Assembly: GCA_028724525.1 (NCBI GenBank)
Contig: JAQYCV010000036.1
Span: 6,269-70,268 of the forward strand
DNA: 64,000 nucleotides
Reading direction: 5' to 3'
DNA from: Clostridiales bacterium
GTDB taxonomy: Bacteria > Bacillota > Clostridia > Saccharofermentanales > DTU023
Below are positions 54,731 to 64,000 of this stretch, piece after piece (the stretch's first letter is position 1; each line of letters begins with the position of its first letter). Position numbers and translations under genes: made by a program. The notes under the pieces were generated by a model, which searched no databases, was not told where the DNA came from, and worked only from the letters and a program-made list of their open reading frames with translations.

Positions 54731-56443
54731 ATGGGGATGCTCCTCGAGCTTACAATCTGTAACTTTGCCCTCATTCCCCAGCTGGAAATCCGCCTGGACG
54801 AGGGCTTAACCATTATTTCCGGCGAAACAGGGGCCGGAAAATCCATTTTTCTTGATGCCCTGGCTTTTATTGGCGGTCAAAGAGCCAGCCGGGATTTAGT
54901 GCGTAAACCTGCGGACAAAGCCCAGGTCTATGCCTTATTTCAAGACGTTTTTAACCTGATCCCCTCAGACTTACAAGACCGCTTAGATCTGACTGCTGAA
55001 GACCTATCCGGTCGGGACCTCCTGCTTTACCGGGAAATAGACAGCAAAGGCCGGTCCTTGGCCAAAGTGAACGGCCGTCCAGTTACCATTGCCCTGCTCC
55101 GTGAACTGGGCAATTATCTCTTTAATTTGCACGCCCAAAATGAGCAAATCTCCCTCTTTGAAGTCCAAAAGCAGGCAGAGATCTTGGATGCCTATTGCTC
55201 GGAAAGCTTGGACCCTTACAAGGCCCAATGGGTGAGCTTACGTGCTAAGCGTATTCAGGAGCTCAAAGCTTTAAAAAAATTGGGGCTGAACCCCCAAGAG
55301 CGTGACCGCAAGCTGGATCTTTTAGCTTATCAAATCCAAGAAATTTCTGCGGCTTTTATGACGGAGCAAGCACTCAAGGACCTGGAGGCCAGTTTTCAGG
55401 AAATTACGGAGATAGATCGGATCCAGGCTTATACTTGTGAGGGACTGCAGATGCTGGATCCTGAACAAGACCACAGTGCCCTCAATTTGCTGTCCCGGGC
55501 CTTAAGCTCTTTACAGAAAGCAGGTAGATTTTCGCCTAGGCTGGCCCAGATAGAACAGAATTTAGCCGAGGCCCAGGAAGCCTTACATCAAGAGGTACAA
55601 GCTCTCAAGATCTTCCTGCAAGAGCTGGAGGAAAAATCGGCTGACAGCCAGGCTATCCGCGACCGGATAGAGGCTTGGGACCGCTTGGATCAAAAGTATG
55701 GCCCGGGTTGGGACCAGGTATCGCGTTTCTATGAAGAGGCTAAGGCAGACTATGCCTTTACCCGTGATTCTGAAAGCCATTTTCAGGACCTGCGCCAAGC
55801 CCTTCAAAAGGGTCAAGACCAAGCAAGCGACCTGGCCCAGGCCATGCATGAGATCCGCTTAGAGGCAGGGACCCAGCTATCCGCTTCTATTAAGAAAGTT
55901 TTGGCTAACCTTCAGATGCCGGGGGTCGATTTTCAAGTCCAGGTCAAGCTGGCCCAGCCGCAGGACAAAAATTTTTGGGCCCCGGAGGGCCGGGACCAGG
56001 TTGAATTTTTCATTTCGACCAACTATGGCGAGGACTTGCTCCCCTTAGCCAAGGTCGCTTCCGGCGGAGAGGCTTCACGGATTTTGTTGGCCATAAAATC
56101 TATTTTGGCCGATTTAGATGCTGTCCCCCTCTTAATTTTTGATGAGATTGACACCGGCATCTCGGGCCAAGCTGCCCACCAATTAGGTGAGAAACTGCGC
56201 CAGCTGGGCCGCCAGCACCAGGTCATAGCCGTCACTCATACGGCGCAGATTGCGGCCATGGCCGACCAGCATTTATATATCTACAAAGAATTAGAAGGGG
56301 ACCGGACGGTCACTAAACTTCAAAAGTTAGACCTTAAGGCCAGGCAGGCGGAGCTGGCTCGGCTTCTCACAGGCTCTGCCCAGGATGAAAAGGCCCTGGC
56401 ACTTGCGGGGACACTTTTGCAACCCTACAATAGACATAATTAG
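54731..56443 (+). CDS. recN: DNA repair protein RecN
   Basis: LLELTICNFALIPQLEIRLDEGLTIISGETGAGKSI (Walker A) and the C-terminal ASGGEASRILLAIK...LIFDEIDTGISG. Confidence 0.95.
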   Translation: MGMLLELTICNFALIPQLEIRLDEGLTIISGETGAGKSIFLDALAFIGGQRASRDLVRKPADKAQVYALFQDVFNLIPSDLQDRLDLTAEDLSGRDLLLYREIDSKGRSLAKVNGRPVTIALLRELGNYLFNLHAQNEQISLFEVQKQAEILDAYCSESLDPYKAQWVSLRAKRIQELKALKKLGLNPQERDRKLDLLAYQIQEISAAFMTEQALKDLEASFQEITEIDRIQAYTCEGLQMLDPEQDHSALNLLSRALSSLQKAGRFSPRLAQIEQNLAEAQEALHQEVQALKIFLQELEEKSADSQAIRDRIEAWDRLDQKYGPGWDQVSRFYEEAKADYAFTRDSESHFQDLRQALQKGQDQASDLAQAMHEIRLEAGTQLSASIKKVLANLQMPGVDFQVQVKLAQPQDKNFWAPEGRDQVEFFISTNYGEDLLPLAKVASGGEASRILLAIKSILADLDAVPLLIFDEIDTGISGQAAHQLGEKLRQLGRQHQVIAVTHTAQIAAMADQHLYIYKELEGDRTVTKLQKLDLKARQAELARLLTGSAQDEKALALAGTLLQPYNRHN

Positions 56444-56461
56444 ATATCTCAGGAGGATAAC

Positions 56462-57985
56462 ATGGGAAATATTTTAGCTCTGAACGGTCACGATCTAACT
56501 ATTGATGATATCGTGGCCGTTAGTCGTTATGGCAAAAAGGTGGCCATCAGTCCGGATTCTCAGGAAAAAATCTTAGCTTCGGAAGGCATTGTAGCCGATA
56601 TTGTCGCCTCCAATGCTCCTGTATATGGGGTTTCTACGGGTTATGGCGAGTTTTCAACCGTCCGTATCAGTGAGGAAGAAAATAAAGCCCTGCAGCGCAA
56701 TCTCATTCTGAGTCATGCCTGTGGTGTAGGCGAAGCCTTCAAGGAAGACGAAGTGCGGGCCATTATGCTCCTCCGCCTCAACACCTTATGCTCCGGCTAT
56801 TCTGGTGTCAGCCATGAAGTTCCTGCCATCCTAGTCGAAATGCTCAATGAAAATGTTATTCCCTATATTCCTAAAAAAGGTTCTTTGGGCGCTTCCGGGG
56901 ACCTGGCCAATTTGGCCCATATGGCCTTGACCATGTTGGGCAAGGGAGAGGTCGTTGACCAGGGCAAACGCCGACCCTCTGCGGACCTGCTAAAGGAAAA
57001 AGGTATTAAGCCCGTCACTCTCAAGGGCAAGGATGGCCTAGCCATTATCAATGGCACCCCTGTTATGACTGGTCTGGGTGTTTTGGCCCTCTATGATGCT
57101 GAAAAACTCTTGCGGGCCGCTAACCAGGCTGCTGCTCTGTCCTTCGAGGCCCTCATGGGCATTACTGCCGCCTTGGATCCCCGCGTCCATGCGGTTAGAC
57201 CCCATCCCGGACAAATAGCCACTGCCGCCTATCTCCGCAAAATGCTGGAAGGCTCCTCCTCGGTCAACCAGCGAGAAGGTGATGTCCAGGATGCCTATAC
57301 CCTCCGCTGCGTACCTCAGGTCCATGGGGCAGTGACTGACGCTATTGCCCAGGTTCGTCAGGTCTTAGAAATAGAGATTAACGCAGTGACCGATAACCCC
57401 CTGGTTTTCCCGGACAACCATGATGTTATTTCGGGTGGCAATTTCCACGGCGAGCCTCTGGCCTTGCAGTTGGATTTCCTAGCCATTGCTGTATCTGAAC
57501 TAGCGAATATCTCCGAACGCCGAATTGAACGCCTGGTCAACCCCCAACTCAACTATGGTTTGCCTGCCTTCCTAGTCGAAAAAGGTGGCGTGAATTCTGG
57601 CTTTATGATTCCTCAGTACACGGCAGCCAGCCTGGTTTCAGAGAATAAGATCCTGGCCCATCCGGCTTCTGTAGACTCTATTCCCTCTTCTGCCAATAAG
57701 GAAGACCATGTGTCCATGGGTGCTAATGCTGCCCGCAAGGTAGGAGAAATCATCAAGAATGTCCGCGATGTTTTAGCTATTGAATGGCTGGTAGCAGCCC
57801 AGGCTTGTGACTTGCGCGGAGTCAAGCAATTTGGCCAGGGCACAGGCCAGGTTTACCAAGAGGTCCGTAAACTTGTTAAGTTTTATGAGGAAGACCGTAT
57901 CATGTACCCCGATATGCATGCCATCTCCCAACTTTTGGCAGAGGCAAGCGTACTGGATAGGGTAGAGGCTAAACTCACCCAATAA
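56462..57985 (+). CDS. hutH: histidine ammonia-lyase
   Basis: GSLGASGDLANLAHMAL contains the MIO-forming Ala-Ser-Gly triad, and the overall pattern is HAL-like. Confidence 0.9.
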   Translation: MGNILALNGHDLTIDDIVAVSRYGKKVAISPDSQEKILASEGIVADIVASNAPVYGVSTGYGEFSTVRISEEENKALQRNLILSHACGVGEAFKEDEVRAIMLLRLNTLCSGYSGVSHEVPAILVEMLNENVIPYIPKKGSLGASGDLANLAHMALTMLGKGEVVDQGKRRPSADLLKEKGIKPVTLKGKDGLAIINGTPVMTGLGVLALYDAEKLLRAANQAAALSFEALMGITAALDPRVHAVRPHPGQIATAAYLRKMLEGSSSVNQREGDVQDAYTLRCVPQVHGAVTDAIAQVRQVLEIEINAVTDNPLVFPDNHDVISGGNFHGEPLALQLDFLAIAVSELANISERRIERLVNPQLNYGLPAFLVEKGGVNSGFMIPQYTAASLVSENKILAHPASVDSIPSSANKEDHVSMGANAARKVGEIIKNVRDVLAIEWLVAAQACDLRGVKQFGQGTGQVYQEVRKLVKFYEEDRIMYPDMHAISQLLAEASVLDRVEAKLTQ

Positions 57986-58046
57986 GCAGGCAGGGGCCCT
58001 TAGGCTCTGCCTAGATTTGCTTGATCTAGCATTGGAAAGGATAAGT

Positions 58047-58964
58047 ATGTCTAAAAAATTAATTGAATGTGTCCCTAATTTCTCTAACGGCCGTGATCCC
58101 GAAGTCTTACAGAAAATCATGGCCCCCTTCTTCGCGGCCCCGGATGTCCAGGTCTTAGACTATAGCCAGGATAAGGACCATAACCGGGCTGTCGTCACCC
58201 TGGTGGGAACACCTGAAGATCTGGAAAATTCAGTCGTTGAAGCGGTCGGTATTGCCGCCCAACTGATTGACCTGCGCCAGCACCAGGGTGAACACCCCCG
58301 TATGGGCGCGACGGACGTTATACCGTTTGTCCCTATCCGCAATGCCAGTGTGCAGGACTGCATTGACCTTTCCAAGCGTGTAGGGGAGCGGATCGCTAAA
58401 GAACACCATATACCGGTATACCTCTATGAGGAATCTGCGACTGATCCTGAACGCGTCAATTTAGCCCGTATCCGCAAAGGCCAGTTTGAGGGCTTTGCCG
58501 AAAAAATTAAGGATCCTGCCTGGAAGCCTGACTATGGTGAAGCAGAAATTCACCCTTCTGCCGGCGTCGTAGCCGTAGGTGCCCGGGAATTCTTGGTTGC
58601 CTACAACATCAATCTAGACACAGATAAATTGGAGATTGCCGATGCGATTGCTCGGAAAGTCCGCCACATCGGTGGTGGCTTTAGATATGTCAAAGGCATG
58701 GGCGTCGAACTCTCAGACCGTCGTCAAGTCCAGGTATCCATGAACCTCACCAACTTCCATAAGTCTCATATCTACCAAGTCTTTGAAACCGTCAAGATGG
58801 AAGCCCGCCGTTATGGTGTCAATGTAGTGGGTTCTGAAATTATTGGCCTGCTCCCTCTGGCTGCCCTGGTCGATACCGCAAACTATTACCTGCAGCTGGA
58901 AGACTTTGGCCAAGACCAAGTGATTGAGGCCAGACTGCTGGGAGATCCCTCACATGAAGAATAA
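58047..58964 (+). CDS. ftcD: glutamate formimidoyltransferase
   Basis: MSKKLIECVPNFSNGRD...HNRAVVTLVG...HPRMGATDVIPFVP. ATG 58047 is preferred to TTG 58017. Confidence 0.85.
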   Translation: MSKKLIECVPNFSNGRDPEVLQKIMAPFFAAPDVQVLDYSQDKDHNRAVVTLVGTPEDLENSVVEAVGIAAQLIDLRQHQGEHPRMGATDVIPFVPIRNASVQDCIDLSKRVGERIAKEHHIPVYLYEESATDPERVNLARIRKGQFEGFAEKIKDPAWKPDYGEAEIHPSAGVVAVGAREFLVAYNINLDTDKLEIADAIARKVRHIGGGFRYVKGMGVELSDRRQVQVSMNLTNFHKSHIYQVFETVKMEARRYGVNVVGSEIIGLLPLAALVDTANYYLQLEDFGQDQVIEARLLGDPSHEE

Positions 58965-60207
58965 ACAAGTCTTACTCTCCCACTCCATTTACACGGCGGT
59001 AGAGGGGCAAGAATTGGTCGACGGTTATCTGGTCCTTGAAGAGGGGCGGATTGCCAAGTTGGCTCATGGCGAGCCCTCCTCGGCTGACTTAAAGGATGCC
59101 CAGGTCCATGATTTCCGGGGCCAGACGATCACGCCTGGCCTCGTCGATGCCCATACCCACCTGGTCCATGGAGGGTCCCGAGAGCAGGAATTAGCCCTCA
59201 AGCTAGCGGGTGCCTCCTATATGGAAATTCACCAGGAGGGTGGGATCAAATCCACTATGCGGGCAACCCGAGAAGCGACCGAGGCAGAACTCCTAGACAA
59301 GGCCCTGGCCACCTTGCTGTCTATGTTGCAGCATGGCACGACGACCGTGGAGACTAAGTCCGGTTATGGTCTGGATAAGGAGACAGAACTTCGCGTTTTG
59401 CGGATCAATCGGGAACTCAACAAGCTCCAGCCGCTAGACTTGGTTTCTACTTATATGGGTGCCCATGACACTCCTCCTGAATTCCCTGACCAGGCCGCCT
59501 ATATCAAATTTATCTTGGAAGAGGTCATGCCCCAAGTCCAGAAGGAAAAGCTGGCAGAATTCTGTGATATTTTCTGCGAAGAAGGCATCTTTTCCCTAGA
59601 GGAAACGCGGGAGATTGGCGAAGCCGCCAAGAGGATGGGCTTCAAACTGAAAATTCATGCTGATGAAATTGTCCCCATGGGAGGGGCCGGTTTGGCCGCT
59701 GACCTAGGGGCCGTTTCCTCGGAGCACCTTATGGCCATCGCAGATGAAGATATTCCCAAATTGGCCAAGTCTGGCACTGTGGCAGTCCTCTTGCCTGCGA
59801 CGACCTTCTTCCTCCGGTCTGAGCACTTTGCTCCCGCTAAGAAGATGTGGGACCAGGGCGTAACCGTGGCCATAGCGTCGGATTACAACCCAGGTTCTTC
59901 GCCCTGTGAAAACCTGCAGATGGCCATGGATATGGCTTGCTTGGGCATGGGTCTCCAGCCCCTGCAGATCCTCAAGGCGGTCACCCTCAATGCGGCCAAG
60001 GCCATTTGCCGTGACCATGAGATCGGTAGCCTGGAAGTAGGGAAGAGAGCAGATTTGACCATCTTCAAGGCTCTTAATCCGGACTACATTTTCTACCACT
60101 TTGGCCTTAACCGGGTCAGCCATGTCTTTAAAGACGGTTGGCAAGTTTTACGAGATGGCCAAATAGACCAAGCGGCTCTCCAGTCTGTACTGCGGACTAA
60201 GAGATAG
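58954..60207 (+). CDS. hutI: imidazolonepropionase
   Basis: ITPGLVDAHTHLVHGGSRE...KIHADE...ASDYNPGSSP. ATG 58954 overlaps the ftcD stop. Confidence 0.9.
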   Translation: MKNKQVLLSHSIYTAVEGQELVDGYLVLEEGRIAKLAHGEPSSADLKDAQVHDFRGQTITPGLVDAHTHLVHGGSREQELALKLAGASYMEIHQEGGIKSTMRATREATEAELLDKALATLLSMLQHGTTTVETKSGYGLDKETELRVLRINRELNKLQPLDLVSTYMGAHDTPPEFPDQAAYIKFILEEVMPQVQKEKLAEFCDIFCEEGIFSLEETREIGEAAKRMGFKLKIHADEIVPMGGAGLAADLGAVSSEHLMAIADEDIPKLAKSGTVAVLLPATTFFLRSEHFAPAKKMWDQGVTVAIASDYNPGSSPCENLQMAMDMACLGMGLQPLQILKAVTLNAAKAICRDHEIGSLEVGKRADLTIFKALNPDYIFYHFGLNRVSHVFKDGWQVLRDGQIDQAALQSVLRTKR

Positions 60208-60273
60208 TTTTACGTTCTTTACCAGCCATGCTGGAAATATAAATAAGGGATATATCCCCCATACGAGGTAATT

Positions 60274-60921
60274 ATGGAAAAGAAAATGCTCGACATGGAC
60301 TTACGTGAAGTCCTCGCCCTGACCGCCAGTGATGCTCCTGCCCCAGGTGGTGGTGCTATTGCAGGCTTGGCCGCTGCCTTAGGCGCAGCCCTTGGCCAAA
60401 TGGTCTTAGCCCTGTCTTACGGCAAAAAGGCCTATGAAAACCTGGATGATGCTACGAAGGCCTCCCTCAAAGAAGCGGATGCTCAGCTGGCAGACCTGCG
60501 AGACTGCCTCTTTAACCTGATGCAGGAAGATACGGATGCTTTTACTAGCTATATGGATGCCCTCCGCCTGCCTAAGGAAAGTGAAGAAGAGCAAAAAGTC
60601 CGTCGGGCTGCTCTGGATAAATGTGCCTTGCACTCCATGGCTGTCCCTCTCGAAACAGCGGAGCGTTGCTTAACTGTGCTACAATGCCTGCCGCAAATTG
60701 CCCAATATGGTAATAAGAATGCAGTAACAGATGCTGGTGTGGCTGCTCTTCTGGCCAACGCCGCCTGCGAGGCTGCCCTCCTTAATGTTAAGATCAACCT
60801 GCCGACCATTAAGGATGAGACAGTCGTTAGCAAGGCCGCCAAGCGGTCTGAGGAATTGCTCCAAGCCTCTAAGAAATTACAAAAAGAGGTCCTGGACATT
60901 GTCTATGGCAAATTAGCCTAG
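60274..60921 (+). CDS. formiminotetrahydrofolate cyclodeaminase / cyclohydrolase-family protein (FTCD_C-like)
   Basis: LTASDAPAPGGGAIAGLAAALGAALGQMVLALSYGKK...NKNAVTDAGVAALLANAACEAALLNVKINL. Confidence 0.8.
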   Translation: MEKKMLDMDLREVLALTASDAPAPGGGAIAGLAAALGAALGQMVLALSYGKKAYENLDDATKASLKEADAQLADLRDCLFNLMQEDTDAFTSYMDALRLPKESEEEQKVRRAALDKCALHSMAVPLETAERCLTVLQCLPQIAQYGNKNAVTDAGVAALLANAACEAALLNVKINLPTIKDETVVSKAAKRSEELLQASKKLQKEVLDIVYGKLA

Positions 60922-60928
60922 CTGTATT

Positions 60929-61807
60929 TTATATTTTATTAAATTGGAAGCGGTCCAGGACTGCTTGCATATCCGAGGGGACCGGGTCGTCTAAGACGAT
61001 CCGGTCTTCTGTATAGGGGAGGGGAAATTCTAGATGGTAGGCGTGGAGGGCCTGCCGGCCAAGTTCTATATCTAGAGCCTCCTGGCGCCCATACATGGAG
61101 TCACCCAAGAGGGGATGCCCCACATGGTAAGTATGGACCCGAATTTGGTGGGTCCGGCCCGTATAAAGCCTGAATTCTACTAGGCTGAGGTCAGGGTCTG
61201 CAGCATAGGCCAAGACCCGGTAGCCAGTCTGGGCAGGCTTGCCCTTGGGGTTGACCTCGCGCTCCATGATGCTCCCCTGGGCCCGGGCTATGGGGGCATC
61301 AATGACACCCTCATTCTGGTCCAGTTGCCCGTGGCAGATGCCTAAATATTTTTTGATGATCTTGCTCTGGCTGAGCCGGTAATGGGTATAGGCGTTGAGG
61401 GCAATGATTACGAGGCCCGTCGTGTCCCGGTCCAAACGTTGGACAGGGTGGAGGGGCTGGTCAGCGATGAGGCCGCAGAGGTCCACAAGCTGGGAATTTA
61501 AAGACTTGTGAACCACCTGGCCCGCTTTTTTTGACATGACGACCAGGTTAGGGTCTTGGAAGACCGGTTCTTGGTCAGGGGGGAAATGTAAACGAGGCGC
61601 TTCTATTTCCAGGTCGGCCAGGGCCAGAATTTGGTCTCCTGTCTTGACGGGATACCACAACATGGCTTCTTCCTGGTTCAGGTAAGTTTTTCCCTCCCAA
61701 CGCAAGCGTTTCAGCATACGGCGGGAAATTTTAAACTCCTCCCGCAGGACCTCACGAAGGGATTGGCCGGCGTATTTTTCTTCCACAGTGTAAGCAAATT
61801 TTTGCAA
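60929..61807 (-). CDS. RluA-family 23S rRNA pseudouridine synthase (S4 domain plus catalytic domain)
   Basis: HPVQRLDRDTTGLVIIALN (catalytic Asp) and GRTHQIRVH. Confidence 0.85.
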   Translation of the reverse strand: MQKFAYTVEEKYAGQSLREVLREEFKISRRMLKRLRWEGKTYLNQEEAMLWYPVKTGDQILALADLEIEAPRLHFPPDQEPVFQDPNLVVMSKKAGQVVHKSLNSQLVDLCGLIADQPLHPVQRLDRDTTGLVIIALNAYTHYRLSQSKIIKKYLGICHGQLDQNEGVIDAPIARAQGSIMEREVNPKGKPAQTGYRVLAYAADPDLSLVEFRLYTGRTHQIRVHTYHVGHPLLGDSMYGRQEALDIELGRQALHAYHLEFPLPYTEDRIVLDDPVPSDMQAVLDRFQFNKI

Positions 61808-61861
61808 ATTTTTAGCTCCTCAAAGGCTCTTTGCCCTGTATTTTTCGGCAAAATGCTTTAA

Positions 61862-61890
61862 TTGACATCAACTAACAAGCACCATACAAT
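61862..61890 (+). promoter_or_regulatory. near-consensus sigma-A promoter upstream of rny
   Basis: TTGACA (61862-61867), a 17-nt spacer, then TACAAT (61885-61890). Confidence 0.65.
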
Positions 61891-61939
61891 ATTAAGCGTA
61901 CAAATCGTTCCTGTGCAACTTGAAAATTTAATATAGGAG

Positions 61940-63511
61940 GTGATTGCCATAGAGTGGCTATTTTTAATATTAGGCCTCGGTGTGGGGGCCGTTCTTGCAT
62001 TTGTATTAACCCTTTCCTACCACAGGAAGGGCTTAGATAAACTAAGTCAAAAGCTAGAAGAAGACCGCTTGAGGGTAAAAGTAGAGTCTGAAAAGACCAT
62101 TGCGGATGCAGAGAAGTCTGCAGAAAACCGCAAGCGCGAATTACTCATTCAGGCAAAAGAAGAGCTACAACAAGCCAAATTGGACCTAGAAAGTGATGTC
62201 CGCGACAAGAGGCACGAACTCAAAAACGAGGAAAGCCGTCTTCAGCAAAAGCAGGATCAGTTAAATAAAAAACTGAAAGAAGCTGAGCATAAGAACAAGG
62301 AGGCGGAGAATCGCCTGCGTTCCGCAACGGAGCGTGAGGCCCGCCTCGCCAACGCTGAAGAGGAAAAACGCCTTGAGCTAGAGCGTATAGCGGACCTGAC
62401 CACTCAAGAGGCCAAGGATATTATTATGACCAGCACGGAAGAAAGCCTGCGTCATGATATGGCTGTCATGCTACGCCGGATGGAAGAAGAAGCCAATGAG
62501 ACGGCAGATTTAAAAGCCAAGGAAATCATTGTAGCTTCCATACAGCGCTATGCTTCTGACTATGTTGGCGATGCAACTGTATCTGTAGTCACCCTGCCCA
62601 ATGAAGAGATGAAAGGTCGCATCATAGGGCGGGAAGGAAGAAATATCCGTACTATTGAAAGCTTAACCGGGGTAGATTTGATCATCGATGACACCCCTGA
62701 AGCGGTAATCCTCTCCAGTTTTGATCCTATCCGTCGGGAAATCGCCCGTATAGCCATTGAAAAACTTGTCTATGACGGCCGCATCCATCCCGCTCGGATT
62801 GAGGAGATGGTAGAAAAGGCTGGGAAAGAAATCGAACAGTCCATTAAAGAGGCGGGCGAACAAGCTGTGTTTGAAACCGGCGTTGTGGGCCTGCACCCGG
62901 AAATTGTTCGCTTGCTAGGCCGGATGCGCTACCGTACCAGCTATGGACAAAATGTCCTGCGCCACTCCATTGAGGTCTGCCATCTTTCTGGTGCTATGGC
63001 AGCCGAACTCGGTTTGGATGTCAGTCTCGCCAAACGTGCGGGCCTCCTCCATGACCTGGGCAAGGCTGTAGACTTTGAGATGGAAGGGTCCCACATGGAA
63101 ATTGGGGCTGACCTGGCTCGTAAATATCACGAGTCAGATGTCGTCATTAACGCGATCGAGTCTCACCATGGTGATGTGGAAGTGAACAACTTCATTTCCA
63201 GCCTGGTTTGTGCAGCAGATGCTATCTCTGCAGCGCGCCCGGGAGCCCGCCATGAAAATGTGGAAACCTACATTAAGCGCATTGAAAAACTGGAAGAAAT
63301 TGCCAACTCCTTCACTGGTGTGGAAAAGAGTTTTGCCGTTCAAGCTGGTCGCGAGATCAGAGTGATGGTGCAGCCGGATAATGTCAAGGACGATGACATG
63401 ATCTTAACTGCCCATGAAATGGCCAAACAAATTGAATCTGAACTTAATTATCCTGGACAGATTAAAGTCCAGCTAATTAGGGAAAGTCGTGTTGTAGACT
63501 ATGCCAAATAG
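61940..63511 (+). CDS. rny: ribonuclease Y
   Basis: N-terminal TM, a long charged coiled coil, a KH domain ([25 protein letters not shown]) and an HD domain ([13 protein letters not shown]...LLHDLGKA). The GTG start overlaps the AGGAGG, so the exact start is uncertain. Confidence 0.9.
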   Translation: MIAIEWLFLILGLGVGAVLAFVLTLSYHRKGLDKLSQKLEEDRLRVKVESEKTIADAEKSAENRKRELLIQAKEELQQAKLDLESDVRDKRHELKNEESRLQQKQDQLNKKLKEAEHKNKEAENRLRSATEREARLANAEEEKRLELERIADLTTQEAKDIIMTSTEESLRHDMAVMLRRMEEEANETADLKAKEIIVASIQRYASDYVGDATVSVVTLPNEEMKGRIIGREGRNIRTIESLTGVDLIIDDTPEAVILSSFDPIRREIARIAIEKLVYDGRIHPARIEEMVEKAGKEIEQSIKEAGEQAVFETGVVGLHPEIVRLLGRMRYRTSYGQNVLRHSIEVCHLSGAMAAELGLDVSLAKRAGLLHDLGKAVDFEMEGSHMEIGADLARKYHESDVVINAIESHHGDVEVNNFISSLVCAADAISAARPGARHENVETYIKRIEKLEEIANSFTGVEKSFAVQAGREIRVMVQPDNVKDDDMILTAHEMAKQIESELNYPGQIKVQLIRESRVVDYAK

Positions 63512-63537
63512 GCTCATCACTGAGAATGAACAGCATG

Positions 63538-63567
63538 GGGCTGTCTCGCTTGCGAGGCAGCCCTTTT
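63538..63567 (+). terminator. rho-independent terminator after rny
   Basis: GGGCTGTCTC-GCTTGC-GAGGCAGCCC followed by TTTT. Confidence 0.8.
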
Positions 63568-63592
63568 AGATTTCTATGCTAAAATGTGACCT

Positions 63593-64000
63593 GTGAAAAG
63601 TTTATGGAAAAAGTGTCAGTCTTCCCAGTCGGCCTTAGACCAGGGGAGATTTCAGGGCAAGGGGATAGGCAAGTGCCTGGTCCTTCTGATTTGCCTCTCC
63701 AGTCTGGTCTTGGCTTTTGCCTGCCCAGATATCCGGGCGGAAGGGGCTGATAAGAGGATATGTTTGGCCTGGCTTAAGCGGTCTAGTCTCAATCCCTTGG
63801 AGACTTTTGATTTTTCCGGCCAGGCTGCTATGCAGCTGGTATACCGCGGCCTCTTCATGATAGATGATGCGGAAATGTTGCGGACGGACCTGGCGGAAGA
63901 AGCCAGCTGGTCGCCTGACCACTATCAACTTACCATCAAACTACGCAAGGATGTTTCCTTTAGCGACCGTACGCCCCTGACCAGCCGAGATGCTGCCTTG
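63593..64000 (+). CDS. ABC-transporter substrate-binding lipoprotein, family 5 (peptide/nickel, OppA/DppA-like), N-terminal part; runs off the right window edge
   Basis: Missing from the track because it has no stop in the window. The frame is open from 63590 to 64000. It reads ...KCLVLLICLSSLVLAFACPD (lipobox Cys) then NPLETFDFSGQAAMQLVYRGLFMIDDAEMLRTDLAEEASWSPDHYQLTIKLRKDVSFSDRTPLTSRDAAL, the usual SBP_bac_5 opening. GTG 63593 is the only canonical start and has no SD, so the start is uncertain. This replaces minus-strand track ORFs 63635-63928 and 63652-63858. Confidence 0.6.
   Translation, partial: MKSLWKKCQSSQSALDQGRFQGKGIGKCLVLLICLSSLVLAFACPDIRAEGADKRICLAWLKRSSLNPLETFDFSGQAAMQLVYRGLFMIDDAEMLRTDLAEEASWSPDHYQLTIKLRKDVSFSDRTPLTSRDAAL

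Noticed and set aside
63635-63928. Minus-strand ORFs 63635-63928 and 63652-63858 at the right edge.
   Set aside because: The plus strand encodes a recognisable family-5 substrate-binding lipoprotein N-terminus that is open to the window end.

Overview
This is a 64-kb chromosomal window from a Firmicutes/Clostridia-like genome. That placement rests on gene order: nadD-yqeK-rsfS-comEA, and efp-asp23-nusB-xseAB-dxs-nadK-argR-recN. About 55 protein genes and 6 tRNAs (His, Gln, Lys, Pro, Gly, Arg) are supported, and most are housekeeping: ppx/ppk, argS, prfB, thyA/folA/ogt, a PPi-type PFK, parE/parC-like topoisomerase, the hutH-ftcD-hutI branch and rny. Both window edges cut genes that the ORF track missed (1-665 minus; 63593-64000 plus). 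Three pockets are not ordinary. (1) A visibly AT-rich islet of about 0.93 kb lies between 14/15-nt direct repeats, one of which contains the ogt stop codon. Its only cargo is an extended MazF/PemK-fold gene with no antitoxin partner. The toxin fold is interrupted by a helical insertion and split by an A8 homopolymer frameshift. This is my best candidate for something new: a single-gene or auto-inhibited toxin/defence cassette, or its decaying remnant. (2) Two inverted repeats of roughly 250-300 bp (about 5915-6212 and 13885-14130) bracket a 7.7-kb module of ppx, ppk, a lipoprotein gene and a decayed flavoprotein gene. Each repeat holds an 18-bp-arm palindrome and further TTGCA-core sites with 43/32/31-bp spacing conserved between copies, including one compensatory base-pair change. 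(3) A secreted, proline-rich FAD-oxidoreductase-like gene is disrupted by two in-frame stops and one frameshift. Smaller observations are a T17 tract and a 14-bp tandem duplication upstream of a 1.3-kaa LPXTG adhesin, a MerR-type 19-bp-spacer promoter with a palindromic operator, a NadD-YqeK fusion, and several enzyme homologues that appear to lack catalytic motifs. No CRISPR array, rRNA or transposase/integrase gene was seen. All homology statements are by-eye motif recognition; no searches were run.
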